Shown here: piece by piece, positions 1-11,030 of the stretch
Layout: the number at the start of each line of letters is the position of its first letter
How positions within the stretch are numbered: the stretch's first letter is position 1
NCBI GenBank assembly: GCA_002269645.1
Contig: NIVC01000211.1
Location: 632,188-696,187 of the forward strand
From: Macrostomum lignano
Taxonomy: Eukaryota
Reading direction: 5' to 3'
DNA length: 64,000 nt
The notes under the pieces: model-generated
Seen by the model: the letters and a program-made list of their open reading frames with translations, nothing else
Told to the model about the DNA's origin: nothing
Databases searched by the model: none
Position numbers and translations under genes: made by a program

Positions 1-82
1 TTGCTGTTGTAGCCTTAGCCTGAGGTTCTAGGCCTATCTCTTGCTGCATGCTTTCCTCTGGTCCAGATGTAGAAATCTTCAT

Positions 83-725
83 TTAAGGCCTGTGGCATGC
101 ATTAGCAGTGAGAAAAAATGTTGGCATCACTTCTGCATGACTTCCAAACAGTTCTTGGAGTTCTTCTTCGAAATCTATGTCTTTTTTTCCAGCACTGGAT
201 TTTGCGTATTGCAGCTTAAAATTAGAAAACTTTCTCTTTAAAGCCTTGTACTTATTTTCACACTGCTCAGAAGTTAGACCGAATCCTTCTGCTTTCATAT
301 CAGCTTCGATTTGTTTCCATAACACTTTCTTCTTTGTAACTTTGCTATCAAAATCTTTTTTCGTTTGATGGTACAGCTTAGGAAACACTTAGTTTCCTTT
401 CTTTGGTTTAATTCCTTGGCATTCTTTTTGTCCTGCTAATAAGACTTTGATATGATGCTGATGCTGATAATCAGATTAGCATGATCAGATCATAGCATCA
501 TAGATGATGATATGATGCTGATATGATGTCATCTTTGTTAGCTTGAGAATTTGTAGCTCCAGCAACAGAAGGCTCCAATGCTTGCAAATAGATAGCACTG
601 GTGATTCGCCCAAGAGCTAAATTAGCATTTGGTTGCTTAATAGTAGTTTGACCTTCATCGTGCAAAAACTTGCAAAGCGTAAAAAACTGCAGTGCATCTC
701 CTTCAGAAGCAGCCTCAATAGTCAC
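83..725 (-). pseudogene. Myb/SANT-like (trihelix/MADF-type) DNA-binding protein, two putative exons, one apparent frameshift; probably a transposon accessory gene
   Basis: ORF 83-388 has the pattern LWKQIEADMKAEGFGLTSEQCENKYKALKRKF...DFEEELQELFG typical of Myb_DNA-bind_4-like domains. The upstream part (KETKCFL) joins it only with a 1-nt shift near 378. ORF 498-725 is a candidate upstream exon. Confidence 0.6.
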
Positions 726-1512
726 AACAATATTGTCTTTTAAAAATGAATAATACTGTCTGCGTCATTTCGAATCTTGTATAATAATTTCAATGCACAT
801 GTGCACATGTAGAGCAGTTAATCAGATGTGATCGCAAGGCCTTGGAGATTTAAATTTTTGAGCAAGTCATTTTAATCAAATGTTGAGCGTATCGGTTTCA
901 GCAAATGACTAAAAAAGGAAAAAAATAAGTAACTTAGAAAAAATAAATTATTAAAAATGTTAAATAATTTTTCACAAAAAATAAAATTTACTCGATGCTT
1001 TCATTTTCCTAGCAAATCTGGTTCTGGAATCGGAATTTACTCCGATTCCAGAGTAGACTTTGTGAAAAGGCTATTAGAGATGTTCTATCTCATTGAAATC
1101 AAAATTTGCTAACTTTCCAAAATTAAAATTGAAATTTTCCAAAATAAAAATTTAGAAAAACAAAGTTTAATATGACTAACACTCACTTTTTACTTTCAAT
1201 TTACTGCTAATTCAAAATGAAATACATGTACCAGGTATATATAGCAGAAATTAGTTTATTTTTAGCAAATTTTTAGACACTTCCAAAATTTTGACTTCTA
1301 AATTTTTTTAGAAATTGAAATTCACTCTTTGCTGTCCACATTTTTACAACTTTTTCCTGTAGGGTTACTATTGTGTAGTGCTAGTATATTTACTATTGTA
1401 GAAATTGTAAAATCAATTGGCACTTGGTGACTGACAGTGAAAGTATTGTAGAACTTTTGGCATGATAATTGATAAATAATTAATAATTTTAATGAAAATT
1501 ACTAATTACCAA

Positions 1513-1706
1513 CTATGAGCTCATACATGCACAACTTTGGGAATCACTCGGCCATTTCTATTGGCAACACGCACATGTGAGTTGCTATTGGCTGAGAGCA
1601 GTCACGTGACTACTTTTCTATCCAATAGTGACTCACATGTGTATGTTGCCAATAGAAATGGCCAAGTGAATTGCAAGGTTTTGCCCAAGCATGTATGAGC
1701 TTATAA
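1513..1706. repeat. ~190-bp imperfect palindrome centred on GTCACGTGAC
   Basis: Arms such as TATGAGCTCATACATGC / GCATGTATGAGCTTATA and GGCCATTTCTATTGGCAAC / GTTGCCAATAGAAATGGCC are near-exact or exact reverse complements around 1601-1610. Confidence 0.85.
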
Positions 1707-3192
1707 TTATACTATTTTAATCTAAAAACTTATTTAAAAAAAGAAAATATCTATTTTTTACTTTTATTGACTAAAAATGAAATATTTACATTACTTTCTA
1801 TAAATGATGTCACTATTTCATTTGTTTTAAAAAAAATTTTATTGTTTGCATATTTAAAATTAAAAAAGTATCAGACTATTAGACTAAAAGGAACATTTGA
1901 GAATTGAATTAGAAGTTACCAAAGTCCAATACTGCAATGTTAAAGCCAGGAATTTCAATTGGAAAGGGCAGGTCCGAGGTTGGCTTGGCTAGCCATGTCT
2001 CATACCATTGCCATTGCCACTTTGCACATATATCAGCATTATGCAACATGCTATACCATAGTGATGGCCAATGGCCCAATCCCAATGTTATGTTCCATTT
2101 GCATAATGGTATTATAATGGTATTGCATTGTATTGCATCATGGTTCTTGTTCCTCTCTTTGCTTGGTTTTTGGTACCTGCCATGCCTAACCCTACTCCCC
2201 AAGTGATTGGAGGGGGGCAGCAGCCCTTGGCTATGCCACTGCAATACTGTCAAAAAAATTTTTGGTTTCTAATACTTTAATACACAAAAGGTATCATTAA
2301 TAGTATTAAAGTATTGGAATTATACCCAGCACTGGTCAATAGTATATTGTTAGGTAGGGGCCCAACTGAATTTGTCAATAATGCTTTGACAAAACTATTA
2401 TCAATAGTAACGTAATATTGACGAATTTGGTAGTACCCCCCATATATATTATTTATAGGGCCTATACGTATATTAGCATTTATAAGCTAAAGAAACAATT
2501 TATGTTTTAACATACACTAATACACAATTGACAATCCTGACCCTAGTACTCTACTTGGCCCAATTCTAAAAAGCCTAGAGAATCTAAAAGCCTAATTTGA
2601 ATTTAAATTAAGATGACATAAGTTAAGCTTGCCTTTTAGCTTTTGCCTTAAATAACACTAACAAAGAAAAGTGCCCTAGGTTTTTTTTCATCCATTAACT
2701 TTGCACCCTGTGCTAGATTTCACGGTGCAATTTTCAAGACCAGGATGCAGTCAAAAACTGGTCTAACATAACACTACTCGATGTCCATAATACTAAATTG
2801 TGAAATCCTAAGATGTCGACATTGAATATACTGTATATCTTATACACAGTCTATAAGAAAGCGTTTATGTGCTTTTTATGGAGTTCTCAAACTCTACTAA
2901 TGATAAACTGAGTTTAATATCTGATTAAAAAGATAATAACTTTCTTTTGGTTGGATTATATTAACGATAGAAAAGTAGACAAAGCAACATTAATTGAATC
3001 GTAAAATCTCTCACAGCCACCAATGATGAAGTAGAAGCGTCTTGCTGACTGTCGTGTACACTAAAAGAGTTGCGGGAGGGGGGACAGTGTGCATGGCTAT
3101 GGCCAATATTTAATTAACAGCTCCAGCAACTGGGATCTGGGAGGCTGGCCCAGCAACTGACATTCTGGGAGGCTGTGGCCCGACGAAGTCAA

Positions 3193-3773
3193 CAACACAA
3201 CAACAACAAAATACGCTGTCATGATGGTAAAAGTCAGCGTCACAGGGCGCGCTTCATGGCTTGGGCGCGAACAAAGGCCGCGCCACCGGCAGTGTCCGGG
3301 GCGCCGGCGTCAGCCAGCAGACAGTCGACATAACGCCGAGTTCGCGCTTGACCTCGCCGGTAGGGTGCCTGCAGCGTGAGCAGCAGCACCTCCTGCACCG
3401 GCTGTGGGCAGTACGACTCGGCGCGGATGAGATGGCCTGCGAGCTGGAGTCGCCGACGGCGCAGTAGATCACTTGGACGTGGCAGGCCAGCGCGGCGATA
3501 GAGTGCCGCGTTGGTGACTCGCTCGACGCCGATGTTGAAGGCGGCGCGCAGCAGACCAGCGTGCGCCGCATCGACTTGCTGTTCGAGTGAGTCCGTCAGC
3601 GTCCAGGTCTCGGCGTTGTACAGCAGGACGGTCTCGATTACCGCCTGGAACAGCGCCGCCCTCTGGCGGTCCGGTAGGGCCTCGGACTGCAGGACTGCCC
3701 TCACAGAACGAAAGGCAGCCCAGGCAAGCCCGCGGCGGCGTCGCAGGTCCTCGCGAGCGTCTGGACTTCGCGA
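3193..3773 (-). mobile_element. 5'-truncated RTE-clade non-LTR retrotransposon (3' end), with 10-bp TSD
   Basis: ORF 3240-3704 preceded by DAREDLRRRRGLAWAAFRSV and containing LLYNAETWTLT...LRRRRLQLAGHLIR, the typical RTE C-terminus. (TTG)n-like 3' tail at ~3193-3212. ACGAAGTCAA is duplicated at 3183-3192 and 3774-3783. Confidence 0.85.
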
Positions 3774-4945
3774 ACGAAGTCAAACATGAAGCCAGAAAAC
3801 TGATCTCGTCCTGCGAGGTTTGAACCAATTTTTTACATGTAGTACGAGTATGCATGTAGTATGTCAAACGTACTGCGTATTAGCTATAAATGAATTATCA
3901 CACCTGCAAACAGCCCGCATAACGGTAAACGAGTGAGCAAACAAGGCATCTCTCTGCAAATTCACCAAGACGCGATTACATTTCACGATATTTGACTTCA
4001 GTTTAAATGCAATTGCTGCTTCATTTAATTAAAGCCAGCTCCCTATAAATAGCTGACGAAGTTTTTTATCGGTTCCATTTTTTCCTGTCGCACCAACGGC
4101 CGAATCCCTGAAGCTGAAGGCGATTGAGTTGCCCTTGAACAATTGCAAAGCATTCTAACCATCCCTTGATGAAGTTGTAGTTGGCATTTGGTCGTACTCC
4201 GAATCGTAGGCATTGAAAATTTTCAGCACTGCAGGTGTTGAGATCAAGGTTGTGACTTCGCTTCTTCATTTGAGTCACATTTCTATGCGCGTACAAGTTG
4301 CATTCGGAACTTTGCAGCGCAAAGCCAAGGTTTATTTCAGCAGCCTCATTTAAAGGACCCAAAGAAAACGCACCAGGGATGCTGACGTAGTTATAGTAGC
4401 CTTCTGAGTTGGGTGGATGGTAACGGAAAACAGCACGGGTGTCTCTGCGTACCAGCATAGCATTGCCAACACGTTGAGCAGTGAAACATTTTGTAAACAG
4501 ATTGCACAGTGTTGCTGAAAAATGAAAATAAAAGAAAACATAAGGCTATAGTTATGGTGATAGTAGAATTAAGGATTGACATTTGCAGCTATTGAAACTT
4601 ACTTCTTGTGTAAAAATAGTCTGGCTCGAATGAACACGGTCACGTTGGGCTCGGGCACAAACAGGTCCTCGATTCCGTCGGCCGTGCTCACACCGATGAA
4701 GGAGCCAGACTCTCCCGTCACGAACGCGCCCGCAGACCGGTTGAGCACAGCCGACACGAGCACCGGAGTGTGCGGATTCCGGTGCACAGGCGCCAGGTTG
4801 AACGAGCCCACACGGAAGTGGTACAGAATCCGCAGCAAGCTCACCGCGATGCTGCTGGGCAGGTCGGTCGTGTGAGCTGCAATTCGATAACGATGTAACG
4901 ATGTGAGCACACCGGTGCCTGCATGGACTCGCCAGTGAATGAGCT

Positions 4946-5364
4946 GGGCACAGCTGCAGTCACTCACTGCATGGGCACAGCTGCAGTCACACACTGCATG
5001 GGCACAGCTGCAGTCACACACTGCATGGGCACAGCTGCAGTCACGCACTGCATGGGCACAGCTGCAGTCACGCACTGCATAGGCACAGCTGCAGTCACGC
5101 ACTGCATGGGCACAGCTGCAGTCACTCACTGCATGGGCACAGCTGCAGTCACGCACTGCATGGGCACAGCTGCAGTCACACACTGCATGGGCACAGCTGC
5201 AGTCACGCACTGCATAGGCACAGCTGCAGTCACGCACTGCATGGGCACAGCTGCAGTCGCGCACTGCATAGGCACAGCTGCAGTCACGCACTGCATGGGC
5301 ACAGCTGCAGTCACACACTGCATGGGCACAGCTGCAGTCACACACTGCATGGGCACAGCTGCAA
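4946..5364. repeat. 27-bp minisatellite (GGGCACAGCTGCAGTCACRCACTGCAT), ~15 units, intron 1 of paralogue A
   Basis: Tandem unit read directly from the sequence; it generates the spurious CDCSCAHAV / MGTAAVTHC ORFs. Confidence 0.95.
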
Positions 5365-5874
5365 TGCACACACTCATGCATGCTCAGGCCTGACAGAATG
5401 ACTTCTCACCCTGCTGGAACTTTGCCAGCCTCCGCCTGTTCACAAACGAGTCGCACTGCCCTACTCTCCTTGCATGGATAAATCATGGATGAAGCATCCA
5501 TGATGCCATGTATGGATCATACCTGAACATGTATGGAGCCATACCTGATCATACATGGTTCCACGTAAACTTCATCCATGGTTACTTTCCATCCATGTAC
5601 ATTGATGTATGATTTTAAATATAATTTTCCTTACTACACTACTGTTAGTAGAACGCAATGTTTGCGTAGGTTCATTTTAAAGCTGAAATTTTCTAAACAA
5701 ATTCGGCAGCATCTTTAGTGCTGCTGAGAAATATGTTTCCATTCCCTTATAAATCACTTTCAAAACAAAAAAGTATCAGAACAAATACTTATGCAATTAA
5801 ATGTAGAAGTAATTGAAAACTCGTATGATGACCATTTCGAGACTTATATTATTAATGATAATTAGGCATAATTC

Positions 5875-6350
5875 ATTTCAAAGTACTGTAAGAAAAAATA
5901 AGACAGCTCAGTCTCAGAGAGCTTTAAAATACAGAATGGACAGAATTTGACGCATTTCAAGGTACTGTAAGAAAAAATAAGACAGCTCAGAGAGCTTTAA
6001 AATACAGAATAGACAGAATTTGACGCATTTCAAGGTACTGTAAGAAAAAATAAAACAGCTCAGAGAGCTTTAAAATACAGAATAGACAGAATTTGACGCA
6101 TTTCAAGGTACTGTAAGAAAAAATAAAACAGCTCAGAGAGCTTTAAAATACAGAATAGACAGAATTTGACGCATTTCAAGGTACTGTAAGAAAAATAAAA
6201 CAGCTCAGAGAGCTTTAAGATACAGAATAGACAGAATTTGACGCATTTCAAGGTACTGTAAGAAAAAATAAAACAGCTCAGAGAGCTTTAAGATACAGAA
6301 TAGACAGAATTTGACGCATTTCAAGGTACTGTAAGAAAAAATAAAACAGT
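5875..6350. repeat. 73-bp tandem repeat (~6.5 units) inside the EnSpm element
   Basis: GGTACTGTAAG recurs at 5961, 6034, 6107, 6180, 6252 and 6325 (spacing 72-73 bp). Confidence 0.95.
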
Positions 6351-6678
6351 AAATTTTACTGAACAGTCAATAAATAGAATTAGCCGAATTCGGTACGCAT
6401 TAAGGGCAAGGGCCGACTAATCCTTTACGAAACGAAGTTAATGCTGCATTAGTCAATTATTTGCGCACAGAAACTTGGAGATTTTGAATATGGAGAGATC
6501 GGACAAAGAGAGGTAACGGTGGGAGTCTGAGAGGGAGGAAGTTGGGCATCTGGAAAGTTATTCTGATTCCCTGATGGTTTTATCTTGGTCATGGAGCATA
6601 ATTTTATTTTCTGCCAGACTTTGCAGCATTAATAATAAAATAATCGGATCTAAGGTACGGACACATACTCGTACCTTT

Positions 6679-8979
6679 TTAATCATGTTCAAACTCTTTG
6701 AACAATGGCACAGCGCAATAACAGTCTTTGCTGAACGATTCTACTGGAACAGCGATGCAGGGTCGATCGACCTCTGAAAAATTAACTATACGTTCGCGTC
6801 TGGCCGATCTGGGCGCATTAGACAGGGATATCAATACAAAATTGAATGTCGAAGACTTTTTGAACATGGATTCCAGCAATGCTTTCCAATTAAGTAAATC
6901 GATGGGGAAAGTTGCTGCTGGTACTCGTAAAACAAAATCAAACAGCGAACCAATGGGATCCAAAATTTGCACTCGAATAGTATTAGGCTCGAGGAACTCT
7001 GCAATAGTGCAGATTTCGCCGGACTTCAATTGGCAAAGATGGTTAGAATTTTTCGACGCACAAGCTGAGCTTGTCGAGAAAAAATGTCCATTAAAATAAG
7101 CAAGTGAGTTTCGAAGAATACCATGTGGCCTGGATGGCTCTAAAGATATAGAGTTAACTGCATCCACTACAATAGAGTCCTTAACACAAGAAAAGTAGTG
7201 ATGTAGCAACTTTTGAAACAAAAACTTGCGAACAAGCTGTGGGCCAAATGACACAGTTCCGCATAAGAACTTTTTGAACATGCCAATGGAGCTCTCAAAT
7301 GCGAACATAGAATAATTAAATACAGGTCCGTACAATTCGTACTGTTCAGCCATATGCAAAAGCAGGTGGAAATTAAGGCGGAGTACTTTCGGTCCGAATA
7401 TTTGCTGAGCATTGGAGATAAAAGCTTTGCATAGCTTTTCGATATCAGTCTTATTTGATTGGGGGCTATACAACATGTGATAAATAAGAACTAAATTAGT
7501 TAACAGCAGTTTCAATGGAAAATGCGAAATTCTCTGCAAAAACGTAGGAAGAAGAAAGTATAGCGCAAAGTTTTTAAAATGCTTTGCTTTCCAATCTGAA
7601 AAGCCTTTAAAATTTGTGTTGATTGTGATGCTAGAAGGAGTTATAGATTGACGAATACAATTAGATATGAAATCCATGCAATTAGCTGAGCAAAAATACA
7701 ACTCGCGCCTGTTTGCAGGTAATGACAGCTCTTCTAGTAGATACTTGGTGTGGCCTTCGAAAAAGCAGTGTAAACTGTCAATAGGATTGCAGCTGGGAAA
7801 CGGAACATAGTCTAACAAGCAACTGCGCATCTTTACGCCAAAAACAGGCCGATTTCGAATTTGTGCGAGCCGACAGTGTTCAAGATGGGAAGATGGGTTT
7901 CTCAAAGGAAACAAGTAGCCTTCACCATAGCGGAAGATCCAGTTTTTACCTTTCTCGGATACTTTAAAGCTCTCACCTGGGTGCAAGCACCTAGGACAGC
8001 TAAACGCACCATTGTACTGGTGAATGCAGAAGAGCTTAGCAAGAGCGGGCAAGTCACAAACAAAGAGTGTGTAATGGACATGAACGGTGTATTCCGAGAA
8101 TATAAACTGTTTTGGCAAATTGTTCATAATTTCAGACAGAAAAGACTGGAAATGCGGGACTGCCTTCGATGAAACAAGAGCAATTAGAATTAAATTTGCA
8201 AAGCGTTGACGGATGTAAACAGGAAGGTTTAGAAGTTGAGCCTGAAATGGCCAAAAGCTACTCTGAACAGATTCAAAAAAATTGGCGCCATCAGCTGAGA
8301 TTAGAAGATGCAAGTGAAGCGACTTGCCAGAAGATAGGCTTAAGCCTTGTTCTTTAACTATTTTGGAATTCAAAACGTCTGTGTTTTTATCCTTTTGCAA
8401 TTCTTGCTCATACTGCAGAATAGTTGAAGTGTGGCTGCTTAAGATAGTCCGCAGCTGTGGAACAATATTGAGCTGTGTCACAGCAACCTTTGACTTTGGG
8501 GAATGAACCTGACACTGGCTTTTGCATTCTGGGCAAAAGCCAAATTCAGACACGTCACTATCATCAAGAGGGCAAGTATCTTGAATCAATGATTTGAGCA
8601 ACTTGACGCTATTTGGAAGAGCTAGAGAATCTCTACTAAAAATAGAAAGTAGCTTCAGGAGTCTATCAAGAGCAGCCTCTGAAACTCCGGAAGTAATTGC
8701 CCACTGAAAAATCAGAGCCGCCTGCACACTGGGATCTGAGATGGAAGCCAAATTCGCTAAGCTATCTGAACTCTCCTCAAGCACAGGCACAGCATTGTTT
8801 TCACCAATAAAAGTTTCCACAGCGTCAGGACAGCTGTGCGAGTGCGTTACACCGGCTTCGCTTGAAATTGAACTCCTATTACTTGTAGAAAAACTATTTG
8901 AGGGAGAAGAAATCGCCTGACAAGAGTAGGCTGAGTAATTAGTAGAAAGAGAGTGCTCAGATTCTGATTTACTAGACAT
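6679..8979 (-). CDS. EnSpm/CACTA-family transposase, 766 aa, uninterrupted
   Basis: Motifs ISADGANFFESVQSSFWP, VCDLPALAK...YNGAFSCPRC, PIDSLHCFFEG, WKAKHFK and NFHLLLHM...YGP...SMFAFES match animal CMC-EnSpm (Tnp2/Transposase_21-like) transposases. Confidence 0.9.
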   Translation of the reverse strand: MSSKSESEHSLSTNYSAYSCQAISSPSNSFSTSNRSSISSEAGVTHSHSCPDAVETFIGENNAVPVLEESSDSLANLASISDPSVQAALIFQWAITSGVSEAALDRLLKLLSIFSRDSLALPNSVKLLKSLIQDTCPLDDSDVSEFGFCPECKSQCQVHSPKSKVAVTQLNIVPQLRTILSSHTSTILQYEQELQKDKNTDVLNSKIVKEQGLSLSSGKSLHLHLLISADGANFFESVQSSFWPFQAQLLNLPVYIRQRFANLILIALVSSKAVPHFQSFLSEIMNNLPKQFIFSEYTVHVHYTLFVCDLPALAKLFCIHQYNGAFSCPRCLHPGESFKVSEKGKNWIFRYGEGYLFPLRNPSSHLEHCRLAQIRNRPVFGVKMRSCLLDYVPFPSCNPIDSLHCFFEGHTKYLLEELSLPANRRELYFCSANCMDFISNCIRQSITPSSITINTNFKGFSDWKAKHFKNFALYFLLPTFLQRISHFPLKLLLTNLVLIYHMLYSPQSNKTDIEKLCKAFISNAQQIFGPKVLRLNFHLLLHMAEQYELYGPVFNYSMFAFESSIGMFKKFLCGTVSFGPQLVRKFLFQKLLHHYFSCVKDSIVVDAVNSISLEPSRPHGILRNSLAYFNGHFFSTSSACASKNSNHLCQLKSGEICTIAEFLEPNTIRVQILDPIGSLFDFVLRVPAATFPIDLLNWKALLESMFKKSSTFNFVLISLSNAPRSARRERIVNFSEVDRPCIAVPVESFSKDCYCAVPLFKEFEHD

Positions 8980-9028
8980 AAAAATAGCAATTCAAATATT
9001 CAAAAGTTACTAGAATTTTTTCCGCAAT

Positions 9029-11030
9029 TCACGGTCCCATTCGCCTTGAGCGGGAAATGGAATCCCCTGACTCGGGTCCAGAAGCAGCAGTTGAAGTTCG
9101 CTTTCTCGCCCGTGTCTCCTCCCTGGCCAGCTGATTGAGATGGTCTCGTACAGACTTCCAGATTTCGTGGAAGTCGTAGCCAGATGTTCGATAGCACAAT
9201 TGAAGCAAACCTGAAAATTCACGAGTATAGTAAAATATTTTTACAATAGACATTGTGTACTGTGTTTATAGTAGAAATAGGCTAAATTTAAAAGGAAGTT
9301 GATTTATGATGCTAATCATTAAATAGGTCAATGGGATGTATTGAACTTTAGAACTATTTTTCCTCAATTTCTTTTATCTCAGACCTAAATGTGTTTTTTT
9401 AGAAAATATCCCAAGTATTGGATTCAGATCATTTAGCATTAATTAGCCTAAATTGCTTTATAATAAAAAAATTGCACAAAACTGTGAAAAAATTATATAT
9501 ATATATTTACGTTGAAACTCTGTCACATGCTCAGATGGAGCAGGCCTTCGGGAACTGCGAGCACCACAGGATGAATCGATTATATGCTCAAGCAAGTAGC
9601 CTTCGCCAAATCGCAGCTTGATATACCTTCGGAGGAACACCTTAGGATCGTTGCAAAGAATTGAAGACAGCTCAGCTAGGGAACCATCAATGCACCTAAA
9701 TTCCTAAAAAATGTTATTATATAGTAGAACTTTTATACTACAGACGTGATGCTGCTGATGCTAAGAAAAAACTGACATACCTCATTTTGGTATTCTTTAA
9801 TTGTTAGCATTCCACCAAAGTTGTCATCCTTTTTTAAAAGTCGGCATATCCTTGCAGCAAGACGCTTCTCAAGAGAAAGCAACTCGGATTGAATGAACAG
9901 TTTTAGATCTAGAGTAAGATATATGCTCATATATAAAAATATGGTGATTTTGATTTTTAATAATGTGATTGTATCATATTAAAAAAATAAAATTATACCT
10001 TTCATTGTTGCATCCGATTCACTGTTTACTATCTGTACCCCTCGGAGGGGTTGCACTTCTTGAATTGCACCTAGTGATAAAAAAGGCTTATTGCTACAAA
10101 AATATTGACTCATTTGGTATTTGGTTTTCAATTAGGTGTAATAGAATATACAAACTTGATTCCAAGAGGCCTGTGGCACGAGCTTGCTCATTTTCAACCA
10201 AAGATGCCTCTCTCTCAAATGCAGAAATGGCTTTTTCTAAAAAATAATAATTAATCAAATAATACAACAAAAAAAACAAATTGCAAACAATTAATAGTTC
10301 ATATATATTGCAGTTTTACCCATTGATTGAGTAGCTGGTATCGCCAAATTTGGTTCGCCACTTTCACTATCCACTTCATAAAGCTCGTCAAGTAGTCCAT
10401 GCTGATGACAACTAGAACTTGAAGCAACCTGCTTTGAACTAGATGACCTTATTGTCCTTACATTTGCAATGCCAGCTTGGGGATCTTTCATTGCAAAAAG
10501 CTCAATAGCTTGGCTAATCAATGAATCAGTATTTTCAGCCTCACTAACCAAGTTGGAAAGTTGGTTCATAGTTGAAGCCATTTGCCTTTCACTACCTTTT
10601 GCCACAAGTGTAGCAGAAAATAGTTTGCCATACATGCGTAAAAAGACTTTAGTCCCCTAAAATATAATTTAATAAAGTAATATTACATTTGTAGTTGGAA
10701 TAATTTGTTTTAGAAACCATGTACTCAATAACAAAATATTATGCATATAAATCCAACTTAAAATCTTACTTGTGCAAGTTCCAACTTTTCATCATTAGTT
10801 ATTGTACTTGGCCAATAGGGAGACCCAAATGCAATGGTCACATATTGCTCATCATGGCCAACATTGTGAAGAATAAAGCAGAAAAACAATGCTGAATTGT
10901 CATTTCCAAATTTAGAAGTACTTTTTGTCTGCTTTCGAAGAGGCCTAGAATTAGATGCACTTAATCCAATATCATCCATAACAATTTGTTCTGAAAAAGT
11001 TTCACAAGGAGATAAGGTTTGAAGAATCAA
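9029..11030 (-). CDS. Multi-exon accessory gene of the EnSpm element (TnpA-like; C-terminus possibly BEN-domain-like)
   Basis: Successive short GT-AG-bounded coding segments separated by AT-rich introns: DLKLFIQSELLSLEKRLAARICR (~9910-9780), CIDGSLAELSS...VTEFQ (~9700-9510), GLLQLCYRTSGYDFHEIWKSVRDHLNQLAREE...GP* (9213-9029). 5' exons (10094-11030) are less certain. Stop lies 50 bp before the transposase ATG. Confidence 0.55.

Noticed and set aside
4946-5364. CRISPR-like array
   Set aside because: Units are contiguous with no unique spacers, there are no cas genes, and the context is eukaryotic.
4599-5393. Cys/His-rich metallothionein-like ORFs (CDCSCAHAV)n, also at 22861-23351 and 44253-45854
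   Set aside because: They are translations of the 27-bp minisatellite, which lies in a GT-AG intron whose removal restores the frame and whose length differs among paralogues.
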